DNA of 64,000 nucleotides from Pseudomonadota bacterium (GTDB lineage: Bacteria > Desulfobacterota > Binatia > Binatales > Binataceae): positions 103,733-167,732 of the forward strand of contig JAJPHI010000016.1 of assembly GCA_021325355.1 (NCBI GenBank), read 5' to 3'. Position numbers and translations under genes: made by a program. This document shows positions 48,745 through 58,107 of this stretch, in pieces. The notes under the pieces were generated by a model, which saw nothing but the letters and a program-made list of their open reading frames with translations, searched no databases and was not told the DNA's origin. How positions within the stretch are numbered: position 1 is the stretch's first letter; the number at the start of each line of letters is the position of its first letter.

Positions 48745-49482
48745 ATGAGCGAACCAAAACTGATCGTCCTTGATAATGCGGAAGCCTTGCACGTGCGGGC
48801 GGCGGAAGAGATCGCGCATATCGCCGGCGAAGCGATCTGTACCGACGGCGAGTTCACTTTCTGCCTGACCGGCGGCAATACGCCGAAGCCGACCTACGAA
48901 CTGCTGGCCTCGCGCTTCGACCACAGTATTGATTGGAGCGAGGTCCAGTTTTTCTGGGGCGATGAACGTTGCGTCCCGCCGGACAGCGAAGGCAGCAACT
49001 TTGGGATGGCGCACCAAGCCTTGCTCTCGCGGCTTGATCTGCGTCCCGATCAGGTTCATCGGATACAGGGTGAAGCGCCACCAGAGGAGGCGGCGCGCAG
49101 CTATGAAGCCGAGCTCCGGCGCTGCTTTAATCTCGCACCCGAGGCGCTGCCCGCCTTCAACCTGATCCTTCTGGGGCTCGGCGACAACGTTCATGTCGCG
49201 TCGCTCTTCCCGCACCATCCGGCCCTGCACATCGCGGATCGGCTGGTGGTCGCGGTCGAAGTCGAGGCGCCGCAACCGCGGCGGGTCTCCCTGACCATCC
49301 CGGTGATTAACAACGCGGCGCGCGTGATGTTTATCGTCAGCGGCGAGAACAAGGCGGCCGCGGTCAAGGACGCGCTACGCGGGCCGCGCGATCCGGATCG
49401 CTTTCCAGCTCAGTTGGTTGCGCCTGCCCATGGGGAGGTGGTCTGGTTGCTCGACCGCGCCGCCGCGAGACTGCTGGGTTAG
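48745..49482 (+). CDS. pgl: 6-phosphogluconolactonase
   Basis: FCLTGGNTP...FFWGDERCVP is the DevB/Pgl signature. Confidence 0.85.
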   Translation: MSEPKLIVLDNAEALHVRAAEEIAHIAGEAICTDGEFTFCLTGGNTPKPTYELLASRFDHSIDWSEVQFFWGDERCVPPDSEGSNFGMAHQALLSRLDLRPDQVHRIQGEAPPEEAARSYEAELRRCFNLAPEALPAFNLILLGLGDNVHVASLFPHHPALHIADRLVVAVEVEAPQPRRVSLTIPVINNAARVMFIVSGENKAAAVKDALRGPRDPDRFPAQLVAPAHGEVVWLLDRAAARLLG

Positions 49483-49488
49483 GCGGCG

Positions 49489-50085
49489 ATGGGATTTTTC
49501 CTGCGGCACTGGACCGCGCTGCTTATCCTGCTGGTGATTGCCGGATGGGCGATCTTCTACCTGCCCAACACGCCTTCCTGGACGATCTACCAGCTAAAGA
49601 GCCGGATTGATGCACGTGATGGTCAGGCGGCGGCCAACTATGTCGATTTTCAAAAGGTGGTGCAAAACGCCGGCTACGAGATGGTCGAGGGCAATCAATC
49701 CGGCGCAGACAACACCAACAATCTTTTGGGCGAGCTCATCGGTAAGAGCGCCGTCGATCTTTTTTCGGGTCCGATGGCAGCACTGGTGCGCAGTTGGGCC
49801 ATCAACCAGGTCGATAACGGCGCGCAGCAGGTCCAGATGCCCGGCGCCGCCGTAGCGGGCGCTATCCTGCTGCTCCATCGCGAGGATGGCACCGCTTACA
49901 CACGCTGGACCGATCACAAGGGCCAGGTCTGGGAGGTGCAGCTCGCACGCGAGCCGGACGGCTGGAAGATCGTGCAGGTGAAGAACATCCGTCAGTTGCT
50001 GGTCAAGCTGCGCGAGCATGAGCTCAAGGAATTCAACACCACGCCGGTCAATCCGCCAGAGTCGCCGCCGCCACCGCCAAATTGA
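49489..50085 (+). CDS. membrane-anchored protein of unknown function (possibly DUF2939-like)
   Basis: N-terminal TM anchor, a globular domain, and a Pro-rich C-terminus. Confidence 0.5.
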   Translation: MGFFLRHWTALLILLVIAGWAIFYLPNTPSWTIYQLKSRIDARDGQAAANYVDFQKVVQNAGYEMVEGNQSGADNTNNLLGELIGKSAVDLFSGPMAALVRSWAINQVDNGAQQVQMPGAAVAGAILLLHREDGTAYTRWTDHKGQVWEVQLAREPDGWKIVQVKNIRQLLVKLREHELKEFNTTPVNPPESPPPPPN

Positions 50086-50164
50086 CCGTGTTGGGCGACT
50101 TGGCGCGGTGGCGGTTCGAGCCGCACATCTTTTTTGAGGCGCGCAATTTGCCGGCGATTTTGTT

Positions 50165-50794
50165 ATGGTTCGACGAACAGCGCGGCGATCGCGATCAGCG
50201 CCGCCGACGCTCCGATGGATGAAGACTAACGGTCGCGCCTCTGTTCAATCCGAATACCCGAAGTTTGTGACTTTGTCCGGCGGCGTGCAGGTGCGCCTGC
50301 GTTTGATGGAGCCCGCAGACAAGGAGATGATCCTCGCCTTCGCGCGCGCCTTGCCGCCCGACGATCTTTTGTTCCTGCGCACCGATATCACGCAAACCGG
50401 CGTGCTCGACGAATGGGCGCGCAACGTCGCGATCGGCGTGACGGTCACGCTCATTGCCGAGCTCGATGGCGCGCTTGCCGGTTACGCCAGCCTGCATAAC
50501 GATCAGGCGCGATGGACCCGGCGGGTCGGCGAGATCCGGCTTCTGCTGGCGCCCAGATTTCGCGGCAGCGGACTGGGCCGCCGCCTCGCGGAGGAGATTT
50601 TCCGCATCGGTCAGGATCGTGGGATCAAGAAAATGGCGGCGATGATGACGCCCGATCAGACTGGTGCGCAGGCCGCTTTCGAGCGGCTCGGCTTTCAGGT
50701 TGAAGCGCTGCTGCAGCAATGGGTGGTTGATCGCAAAGGGCGCCCGCGCGACCTGCTGATCATGACCCACGAGCTCGGCGAAGCGAAGGAATAG
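50165..50794 (+). CDS. GNAT family N-acetyltransferase
   Basis: Acetyl-CoA motif A (RFRGSGLGRRLAEEI). The true start may be the internal Met (MKTNGR...). Confidence 0.7.
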   Translation: MVRRTARRSRSAPPTLRWMKTNGRASVQSEYPKFVTLSGGVQVRLRLMEPADKEMILAFARALPPDDLLFLRTDITQTGVLDEWARNVAIGVTVTLIAELDGALAGYASLHNDQARWTRRVGEIRLLLAPRFRGSGLGRRLAEEIFRIGQDRGIKKMAAMMTPDQTGAQAAFERLGFQVEALLQQWVVDRKGRPRDLLIMTHELGEAKE

Positions 50795-50856
50795 CTGAGG
50801 GCGGCCGCAAATCGCCGGACCAAAGCGGATCAGACAAGTAATCGCGATGGAAACCC

Positions 50857-51642
50857 ATGGACACTCCCGCAACCAGTCACATCGATAAGATCAGGCAGCA
50901 GTTCACCCGTCAGGCCGAAGCTTACGAAGCGGTGCCGATCGTCACCGACCCCGCGTTTCTCAATTATATCGTGTCGATCTCCGGAGTCGGGACGAACGAT
51001 CGGGTCCTCGATGTGGCCAGCGGACCGGGCTTCGTTGCGATGGCTTTCGCACCGCACTGCCGGGAGGTGGTCGGAATCGACGCGACCGACCGCTTCATCG
51101 AGCGGGCGCGTGCGGAGGCGGAGCGCCGCAAGCTTGCTAACGTCGCTTTCCAGTCCGGTCTCGCGGAAAGTCTGCCGCTGCCTGACGGCGCTTTCGATCT
51201 CGCGGTCTGCCGTTTCGCGTTTCACCATTTTCTTAATCCCTCGGCGGTGCTGAGCGAGATGCGACGCGTGGTGCGATCAGGGGGACGGCTCGTCGTGGTC
51301 GATATGGTAGCCTCTGAAGATCCCGCCAAGGCCGCTTATCACAATGAAATCGAGCGACTCTGTGATCCCTCGCACGCGCGGGCGCTGCCGGCTTCGGAGT
51401 TCGAGCGGATGTTCGCGGCCGAGCGGCTCGAAATCACCTACCGGCAAACCGTGCATTCCGCCTACGGACTGAAGGAGTGGCTCGCCCACGGCGCGCCGCC
51501 ACCCGATCGCACCGCGCGGATCTACGAGATGCTCGAGGCCTCGCTGCTCGAAGACAAGTGCGGGCTCAGCGTGCGCCGCGAGAACGGCGAGATCCATTTC
51601 AGTCACGTCGGGGCGAGTTACGTATTGCGGAAGTCAGCGTAA
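50857..51642 (+). CDS. class I SAM-dependent methyltransferase (Methyltransf_11 type), paralogue 1
   Basis: VLDVASGPGF motif I; DLAVCRFAFHHF. Confidence 0.8.
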   Translation: MDTPATSHIDKIRQQFTRQAEAYEAVPIVTDPAFLNYIVSISGVGTNDRVLDVASGPGFVAMAFAPHCREVVGIDATDRFIERARAEAERRKLANVAFQSGLAESLPLPDGAFDLAVCRFAFHHFLNPSAVLSEMRRVVRSGGRLVVVDMVASEDPAKAAYHNEIERLCDPSHARALPASEFERMFAAERLEITYRQTVHSAYGLKEWLAHGAPPPDRTARIYEMLEASLLEDKCGLSVRRENGEIHFSHVGASYVLRKSA

Positions 51643-51649
51643 CCGCGTT

Positions 51650-52444
51650 GTGCCAGAAAGAAGCGTGCAGATGAATCCGGTCGAATCAGCAATTGCGGAG
51701 CGGCAGTTTCGCCGACGTCCGAGCGCTTATTTGCGGCCGACCAGCCCGTCGGATCAGAAATTCATGGGCTTTATGATCTCGGCGGCCAGCGCGAGTCGCA
51801 ACGATCGTGTGCTCGATCTGGCATGCGGGACGGGGGCGGCGACGCTCGCCTTTGCCCAACGCTGTGCCGGCGCGGTCGGCGTCGACGTTTTGACCGAGCC
51901 GCTGAAGCGGGCGCGACTCGCGGCGCTCGAGCACGGCATTGCCAATGCGTCCTTCGTCTTGAGCGAGGTTGAGCGGCTGAGCTTCGTCGATCATTTCTTC
52001 GACGGCGCCCTCTGTCGCTTTTCCTTCCATCACTTTGTCCATCCGGAGAAGGTCTTCGCTGAGATGACGCGCGTGGTGCGGCCGGGCGGCTGGATCCTGA
52101 TCGCCGACATGACCGCGCCGGAAGAGCCCGAGGAGTGCGCACTGCATAACGAGATGGAGCGGTTATGCGATCCGACGCACGGCCGCGCGCTGACCGTGTC
52201 GGAGTTCGAGCGGATGTTCGCCGAGGCCGGCTTTGAACTGGCGATGAAGGTCGCGCGCGACTCCAGAATCAGCGTCGATGACTGGATCAGTTTCGGCGGA
52301 ACGACTCCGGAAAACGCGGCCAGGTTGCGCGCGATGGCCGAGGCCGCCGTCGCACGCGGAACACCGTCACGCTTTCAGCGCGAGGGTGACTCTATAAAGG
52401 TCACCCACAGCAGCGTGACGTTTGTCATCGAAAAAACCGCTTAG
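51650..52444 (+). CDS. class I SAM-dependent methyltransferase, paralogue 2
   Basis: VLDLACGTGA motif I. It shares long identical stretches with the upstream paralogue (RLCDP.H.RAL..SEFERMFA). Confidence 0.8.
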   Translation: MPERSVQMNPVESAIAERQFRRRPSAYLRPTSPSDQKFMGFMISAASASRNDRVLDLACGTGAATLAFAQRCAGAVGVDVLTEPLKRARLAALEHGIANASFVLSEVERLSFVDHFFDGALCRFSFHHFVHPEKVFAEMTRVVRPGGWILIADMTAPEEPEECALHNEMERLCDPTHGRALTVSEFERMFAEAGFELAMKVARDSRISVDDWISFGGTTPENAARLRAMAEAAVARGTPSRFQREGDSIKVTHSSVTFVIEKTA

Positions 52445-53607
52445 CCGTCCGCAGGCCGGCATATGTAGATCGCGGCGCGGGCACCGAGGATCGTGACGGG
52501 AAGGCTGCGTTCGAGGTGCAGCGCGCCCTTGCGCAGAAGCTCACCCATCAGACGCGTTTCAGCAGTGAGCATCACGATACGCCCCCGGGGGTGGATGAGC
52601 CGGCGAAATTCCGTCAGCAGGCGAGGATAGAGCCGTCGATTCTCGGCGTGCGAGCCGTGTCGCATGCCCCACGGCAAGTTGGTGATGATGCGGGTGACGC
52701 TATGCTGCGGCATAGGCACGGCGGTCGCATCGAGGCAATTGAGCGCGATCGGCTGATAGCGCGATCCGAGATTCTCACGCGCCATCGCGAGCGCACCGTC
52801 GTCGCGGTCACCTCCGATAAGTCTGGCGTACCGACCCAGGTGGGCTCGTTCGATGAGAATCGTGCCGACGCCGCAGAACGGATCCAGCACGATATCCTCC
52901 GGTTGAGGATCGGATAGCATCCCGAGCGCGGCGGCGACCGAGGGCCGGAGCGATCCCGGCATGTGCGCGACTTTATAGTCGCGCGAGCGCATCGAGGAGT
53001 CACTCAGGCGGATTGCGAGGAAGAATTCGCGATCCAGCAAGGTCGCCCAGAATTCGACATCGGCGCCTTCGTCGGTAAGACGCCAGGTATGATCGTTCCG
53101 CGCGCTGATCGCGCGCTCGACGGCGCTTTGGAGATTGACGCGCCGAAACTCGTGCTCGCCGATCATCCGCGTCACCACGCGAAAGCGCAGGCGACGGCCG
53201 CTACGAACTCCGGGAGTGAACAGCAAGCGTGTCGGGAGCGCGTTCGCAATCAAGGGGGAGGTGTGCACGGTGGCGCTGATGCGATCCAGGAGGTCGGCCG
53301 CTGCCGGCGCCCGGTGATAACCGACAAGAGCAAAGACATCTTCAGCAGTGCGCATCGCCGGCAACCCGGCGGGTGAGGGAGCATCGAGGATCGCGATACC
53401 CGCGCGGCCCGGAACCGCGCGAGCCCCAAGTTCGCGCACGCCCCTGGAGCGGAGGGCGGCTTCGGCCATTGCCACGGATTCGAGTCCCGGCTGCGTCTGG
53501 ATCAGGTAGGTGTCGGTGGTGAGGTGCAAGCGCGGCGGCGCGTGGCGGGCGCCAAGGTGCGTCCGCCACGCGCCGCCGCGCTTGAGCTGGTTGCGGGTGG
53601 TCGCCAT
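52441..53607 (-). CDS. THUMP-domain RNA m2G-type methyltransferase (RlmL N-domain / Trm14-like, COG0116)
   Basis: DPFCGVGTILIE (motif I) and NLPWG (motif IV) align with the E. coli RlmL motifs DPMCGSGTLLIE and NPPYG. The N-terminal ferredoxin-like/THUMP region begins YLIQTQPGLE. The start is uncertain. I used the ATG at 53607. Confidence 0.7.
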   Translation of the reverse strand: MATTRNQLKRGGAWRTHLGARHAPPRLHLTTDTYLIQTQPGLESVAMAEAALRSRGVRELGARAVPGRAGIAILDAPSPAGLPAMRTAEDVFALVGYHRAPAAADLLDRISATVHTSPLIANALPTRLLFTPGVRSGRRLRFRVVTRMIGEHEFRRVNLQSAVERAISARNDHTWRLTDEGADVEFWATLLDREFFLAIRLSDSSMRSRDYKVAHMPGSLRPSVAAALGMLSDPQPEDIVLDPFCGVGTILIERAHLGRYARLIGGDRDDGALAMARENLGSRYQPIALNCLDATAVPMPQHSVTRIITNLPWGMRHGSHAENRRLYPRLLTEFRRLIHPRGRIVMLTAETRLMGELLRKGALHLERSLPVTILGARAAIYICRPADG

Positions 53608-53620
53608 CGACGTGGTTTCG

Positions 53621-53702
53621 CGCGATGGGCCGGGGAGGCGCGTTCCGCGCCTCCCCGGCCCATCGCGACGCGGACGAAGTGAAGCGCGTGCGCGCTTCAC
53701 TT
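53621..53702. repeat. two consecutive perfect GC-rich palindromes (22-bp and 20-bp stems) at the efp 3-prime end
   Basis: cgcgatgggccggggaggcgcg-ttc-cgcgcctccccggcccatcgcg, then cgcggacgaagtgaagcgcg-tg-cgcgcttcacttcgtccgcg. The second palindrome overlaps the efp stop. There are no U-tracts. Confidence 0.6.
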
Positions 53703-54260
53703 CGTCCGCGATACGTATTCCTTGGTATCCGTGTTGATCGTGATAACGTCGCCTTCACTGACGAAGTGCGGCACCTGAATCACCATCCCGGTATCGGTCT
53801 TCGCCGGCTTCAGCGTGTTCGTGACTGCCGCGTTTTTGTTGCCGGGTTCGGTCTCCACCACTTTCATGGTAACGGTTTTCGGCAGCGTCACGTTCAGCGG
53901 CGTATTTTCAAAAAATTCAACTTCTACTTGAAGATTCGGCGTGAGAAAACCCTCGACGTCTTCGACCAGTTCCTTGGGCAGTGTAATCTGATCGTAGGTT
54001 TCGGTGTTCATGAAATGGAACTCCTCACCCTCGCGGTAGAGGAACTCCATCTGCACCTGGTCGAGAATCACCCGTTCGACGCGATCTTCGGAGCGGAATC
54101 GGTTTTCCGTCTGACTGCCTGTCCGAATGTTGCGGAGCTTGGTCTGGACCATGCCGCGCCAGTTGCCCGGAGTGATGTGATTGATTGTCATGACGCGCCA
54201 GAGCGCGTTGTTGTACTCGATAACCATCCCGGGTCGTAGTTGCGTTGATTGGATCAGCAT
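53697..54260 (-). CDS. efp: elongation factor P
   Basis: 188 aa from the internal ATG. It aligns end to end with E. coli EF-P (C-terminal KEYVSRTK vs GEYVSRVK). Confidence 0.9.
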   Translation of the reverse strand: MLIQSTQLRPGMVIEYNNALWRVMTINHITPGNWRGMVQTKLRNIRTGSQTENRFRSEDRVERVILDQVQMEFLYREGEEFHFMNTETYDQITLPKELVEDVEGFLTPNLQVEVEFFENTPLNVTLPKTVTMKVVETEPGNKNAAVTNTLKPAKTDTGMVIQVPHFVSEGDVITINTDTKEYVSRTK

Positions 54261-54458
54261 TTGTCTCGTTTTCCGATCGAGCCACGGGCGGCGCAGCTCG
54301 CGTGTTGACAAGGAATTTATCCGGTTGCCGTCCCGATTTCCATCGGCAGCATACGAGTGAAGGTTTCGGCGCTCGGCGGTCGACGGCGATTCTTGACAGC
54401 GATGCGCTCGGCATGGTCCTTAACCCATCGAACCGTCACGTATCGCGGGAGAGGCTGA

Positions 54459-55601
54459 ATGAAAGCTGCAGTTTTTTACGGACCCAACCAACCGCTCAAA
54501 ATCGAGCAGGTCGAGATCGACGCACCGCAGGATCGCGAGGTGCTCGTGCGCACGGTTGCCAGTGGCGTCTGCCACAGCGATTTGCATTTCGTTGACGGAC
54601 TGTATCCGTATCCCACCCCCGCGATCCTGGGTCACGAAGCGGCGGGCATTGTCGAACAGGTCGGCAAGGCGGTGACCTATCTGAAGCCGGGCGACCACGT
54701 GATCGCGTGCCTCTCGGTCTTTTGCGGCTTCTGCGAAGATTGCATGTCCGGCCATCCGAACCGATGCGCCAATAAGGAAGCGATTCGTCGCGGCAAAAAG
54801 GAGAAGTCGCGGCTCTCGCAGAACGGCGCGCCGATCAAGCAGTTCGCCGAGCTTTCAACTTACGCGGAAAAAATGCTGGTGCACGAAAACGCCCTGGTCA
54901 AGATCGACCCGAAGATTCCGCTCGACCGCGCGGCCCTCGTCGGCTGTGGCGTGACGACCGGGATGGGCGCGGTACTGAACACCGCCCGTATCGAACCCGG
55001 TTCGACCGTCGCCGTGTTCGGATGCGGCGGCGTCGGCCTCGCGGCTATCCAGGGCGCGCGGATCGCCGGCGCCCGCATGATCATTGCGGTCGATAAGTTC
55101 GAATCCAAGCTGGCGCTCGCGAAGCGGCTCGGCGCCACTCACACGGTCGATTCGTCCCAGGCGGATCCCGTAAAAGCGATCCGCCAACTCACCAACGAAC
55201 TTGCCGGCGGCAGCGGCGTTGAGGGTGGGGGCGGTCTGATGTCGCCCGGGAACGACGGCGTTGATTACGCCTTCGAAGCGGTCGGGATCAAAGAGTTGGC
55301 CGAGATGTGCTTCGAGGCGGTCAAGCCCGGCGGCACCGCGACGATTATCGGCATGATTCCAGTTGGGCAGAAGGTGGCGATTAACGGCGCCAAACTGCTG
55401 ACCGAACGGAAGCTGCAGGGCACCAATATGGGCTCGAACCGCTTCCGTATCGACATGCCGCGCTATCTGGACTATTACCAGCAGGGACGCCTGAATCTCG
55501 ACGACATGATCACGCGCCGGGGTCGGCTCGAGGACATCACCGAGGCGTTCCGGGCGATGAAGGCGGGTGAGGTCGCGCGCACCGTCCTGATGTTCGATTA
55601 G
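54459..55601 (+). CDS. Zn-dependent alcohol dehydrogenase (MDR, class III / formaldehyde-DH-like), paralogue 1
   Basis: GVCHSDLH, GHEAAG, the structural-zinc Cys cluster (CGFCEDCMSGHPNRC) and GCGGVG Rossmann motifs. Confidence 0.9.
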   Translation: MKAAVFYGPNQPLKIEQVEIDAPQDREVLVRTVASGVCHSDLHFVDGLYPYPTPAILGHEAAGIVEQVGKAVTYLKPGDHVIACLSVFCGFCEDCMSGHPNRCANKEAIRRGKKEKSRLSQNGAPIKQFAELSTYAEKMLVHENALVKIDPKIPLDRAALVGCGVTTGMGAVLNTARIEPGSTVAVFGCGGVGLAAIQGARIAGARMIIAVDKFESKLALAKRLGATHTVDSSQADPVKAIRQLTNELAGGSGVEGGGGLMSPGNDGVDYAFEAVGIKELAEMCFEAVKPGGTATIIGMIPVGQKVAINGAKLLTERKLQGTNMGSNRFRIDMPRYLDYYQQGRLNLDDMITRRGRLEDITEAFRAMKAGEVARTVLMFD

Positions 55602-55689
55602 GGAACGAGCGTAATGGCGGTCAGTATCAGACCGGCACAAGACAGCAAACGCGCGCTTTTGCCACGGCAGCCAGACGGAGGGGATAACC

Positions 55690-56823
55690 ATGAAGGCAGC
55701 AATTTTTCACGGACCGCATCAGCCGCTGACGATCGAAAACGTCGATATCGACGAACCGCAGGATCACGAAGTTCTGGTCCGGACCGCGGCAAGCGGTGTT
55801 TGCCACAGCGACCTGCATTTCGTCGAAGGTCTGTATCCCCATCCCGCGCCGGCGATTCTCGGTCACGAAGCCGCCGGGGTGGTCGAGAAGGTGGGCAGGG
55901 CGGTGACCTATCTGAAGCCTGGCGATCACGTCATCTCCTGCCCGTCGGTTTTCTGCGGCTATTGTGATGAATGCATGTCGGGGCATCCGAATCGATGCTC
56001 GAACCGCAAAGCCACGCAGCGCGGGAAAGACGACAAGCCGCGTCTCTCGATGAACGGCAAGCCGGTGGCGCAATTTGCCGACCTCTCGACCTACGCCGAG
56101 AAGATGCTGCTGCATGAAAACGCGCTCGTGAAAATCACCGACAAGATTCCTCTGGATCGCGCGGCGCTGATCGGATGCGGCGTTACGACCGGCGTCGGCG
56201 CGGTGCTGAATACGGCGAAGATCGAGCCGGGTTCGACGGTCGCGGTCTTCGGCTGTGGCGGCGTCGGCTTGTCGGCGATCCAGGGGGCGAAGATTGCGGG
56301 CGCCCGGATGATTATCGCCGTCGATCAGTTCGAATCGAAGCTCGCGATGGCCAAGCGCTTCGGCGCAACCCATACGGTCGATGCATCGAACACGGACCCG
56401 GTCGAGGCAATCCGCAAGATCGCTTCGCCGGGAAGCGATGAAGGGAGCGACCTGCTTTCGGCAATGACCGCGAGCCAGGGCGTCGATTATGCCTTTGAAG
56501 CGGTTGGCGTAAAGAAGCTGGCGGAGCAGTGTTTCGAAGCAATCAAGCCCGGCGGCACGGCCACCATAATCGGGATGATCCCGGTCGGGCAGAAGGTCGA
56601 ACTCGACGGTCCCAAGTTCCTGACCGAGCGCAAGATTCAGGGCACGATGATGGGCGGCAATCGTTTTCGGATAGATATGCCGCGCTATATCGATTACTAC
56701 TTGCAGGGGCGGCTTAACCTCGATGACATGATCAGCAAGCGGATGCGCCTCGAAGACGTCAACGAGGCTTTTCGCGCGATGAAGGCAGGGGAGGTCGCCC
56801 GCTCGGTCCTGATGTTCAACTGA
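55690..56823 (+). CDS. Zn-dependent alcohol dehydrogenase, paralogue 2 (tandem duplicate)
   Basis: Roughly 80 % identical to the upstream copy, with the same motifs. It has a divergent loop around residues 240-265. Confidence 0.9.
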   Translation: MKAAIFHGPHQPLTIENVDIDEPQDHEVLVRTAASGVCHSDLHFVEGLYPHPAPAILGHEAAGVVEKVGRAVTYLKPGDHVISCPSVFCGYCDECMSGHPNRCSNRKATQRGKDDKPRLSMNGKPVAQFADLSTYAEKMLLHENALVKITDKIPLDRAALIGCGVTTGVGAVLNTAKIEPGSTVAVFGCGGVGLSAIQGAKIAGARMIIAVDQFESKLAMAKRFGATHTVDASNTDPVEAIRKIASPGSDEGSDLLSAMTASQGVDYAFEAVGVKKLAEQCFEAIKPGGTATIIGMIPVGQKVELDGPKFLTERKIQGTMMGGNRFRIDMPRYIDYYLQGRLNLDDMISKRMRLEDVNEAFRAMKAGEVARSVLMFN

Positions 56824-56831
56824 GCCGTCAG

Positions 56832-58052
56832 TTGCGCGCGCGCAGTTCGTCATTCCGCGGACGCTGCCGGACCTTCGCCGGCCTTAAGAGCCGTGGGCAT
56901 TGTCCGGCAGTCTCCGCCGGACTGCGTTTCGCGCGATGGTTATTGCTAGCCGTTGCCCTGTTATCAGGGCCCGTGCGCTCTTCCAACGCACAGTCCACCT
57001 CGGCCCCTGCAACCGTCGCGCGGCCCGAACACGTGTTCCTGATCATTCTTGAGAACAAGGGTTTCGCCGAAACCTTCGGACCGCATTCCAAGGCGCCCTA
57101 CCTTTCAGGTGCCCTGCGCAAACAGGGCCGATTGCTCACGCAGTACTACGCGACGGGCCACTTCAGTCTCGACAATTACATCACGCTGATTAGCGGACAG
57201 GCGCCCAATCCCGAGACGCAAGCTGACTGTATCCGGTTATACAGCGAGTTCGCCGCGCTTGGCGCGGGCCTCGATCACGATGGTCAGATCCGTGGACAGG
57301 GATGCGTCTATCCGACGATCGTGCCGACGCTGGTCGACCAACTCGAACAGAAGCACCTGACCTGGCGCGGCTACATGGAGGACATGGCTCGGCCGTGTGA
57401 GCATCCCGAGCTGAACCAGCCCGACGACCATGTACACGCCGTGGCGGGGGATCAGTATGCGACGCGGCACAACCCTTTTGTTTATTTCCATTCGATCATA
57501 AACGATGCCGACCGATGTCGGCAGCATGTGGTGGCGCTGACGCAGTTGCCGGCGGATCTGAGCAAGGTTGAGACTACCCCGAACTTCGCCTTTATCACGC
57601 CGAATCTCTGCAATGACGGCCACGACGGACCGTCCGCGATCTGTGACGGCGGCGGGCTGGTTTCAGCCGATCGCTTTCTTGCGCAATGGGTGCCGAAAAT
57701 CATCGCCGCACCGGCCTACCAGCGCGACGGGATCCTGATCATTACCTTCGACGAGGCCGAAGTTGGACTAAGGCCGAATCACCAGATTGATCCGGCGACA
57801 ACTGATGCGCGCTCGTGCTGTGATGAACCACCGGGACCGAATACCGCAAAGCCCGGTCTCGTCGGACCGGGCGGCGGTCGTACCGGGGCGTTGATGCTGT
57901 CGCCGTTGATCGCGGCCGGCAGTATCGACGAAACGCCCTACAACCATTACTCGATGCTGCGCGGGCTCGAGGATCTGTTCGGGCTCGATCATCTGGGTTA
58001 TGCGCGAAAATCCGCGCCGACGCCGCTCGACCAGTTTTTGAGCAGGCAATAA
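56832..58052 (+). CDS. phosphoesterase family protein (PLC/AcpA-type, PF04185-like), secreted
   Basis: The HVFLIILENKGF motif is characteristic of the phospholipase C / acid phosphatase phosphoesterase family. There is a signal-peptide-like N-terminus. Confidence 0.75.
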   Translation: MRARSSSFRGRCRTFAGLKSRGHCPAVSAGLRFARWLLLAVALLSGPVRSSNAQSTSAPATVARPEHVFLIILENKGFAETFGPHSKAPYLSGALRKQGRLLTQYYATGHFSLDNYITLISGQAPNPETQADCIRLYSEFAALGAGLDHDGQIRGQGCVYPTIVPTLVDQLEQKHLTWRGYMEDMARPCEHPELNQPDDHVHAVAGDQYATRHNPFVYFHSIINDADRCRQHVVALTQLPADLSKVETTPNFAFITPNLCNDGHDGPSAICDGGGLVSADRFLAQWVPKIIAAPAYQRDGILIITFDEAEVGLRPNHQIDPATTDARSCCDEPPGPNTAKPGLVGPGGGRTGALMLSPLIAAGSIDETPYNHYSMLRGLEDLFGLDHLGYARKSAPTPLDQFLSRQ

Positions 58053-58107
58053 AAGACCGGCCCGCCAAGGGGGCCGGTCTCGCAGGTTCGCCTGAAGTCG
58101 AGCGGAA

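Noticed and set aside
46721-48757. 678-aa minus-strand ORF spanning the entire transketolase gene
   Set aside because: It is antisense to an unmistakable tkt. It has an Arg/Gly-rich, low-complexity composition typical of GC-rich antisense frames.
50164-50290. Apparent 1-nt frame inconsistency (ggccggc) inside the GNAT gene compared with the track translation
   Set aside because: It is most likely my own character-level misreading of a homopolymer. The track coordinates are internally consistent, so I did not call a frameshift or pseudogene.
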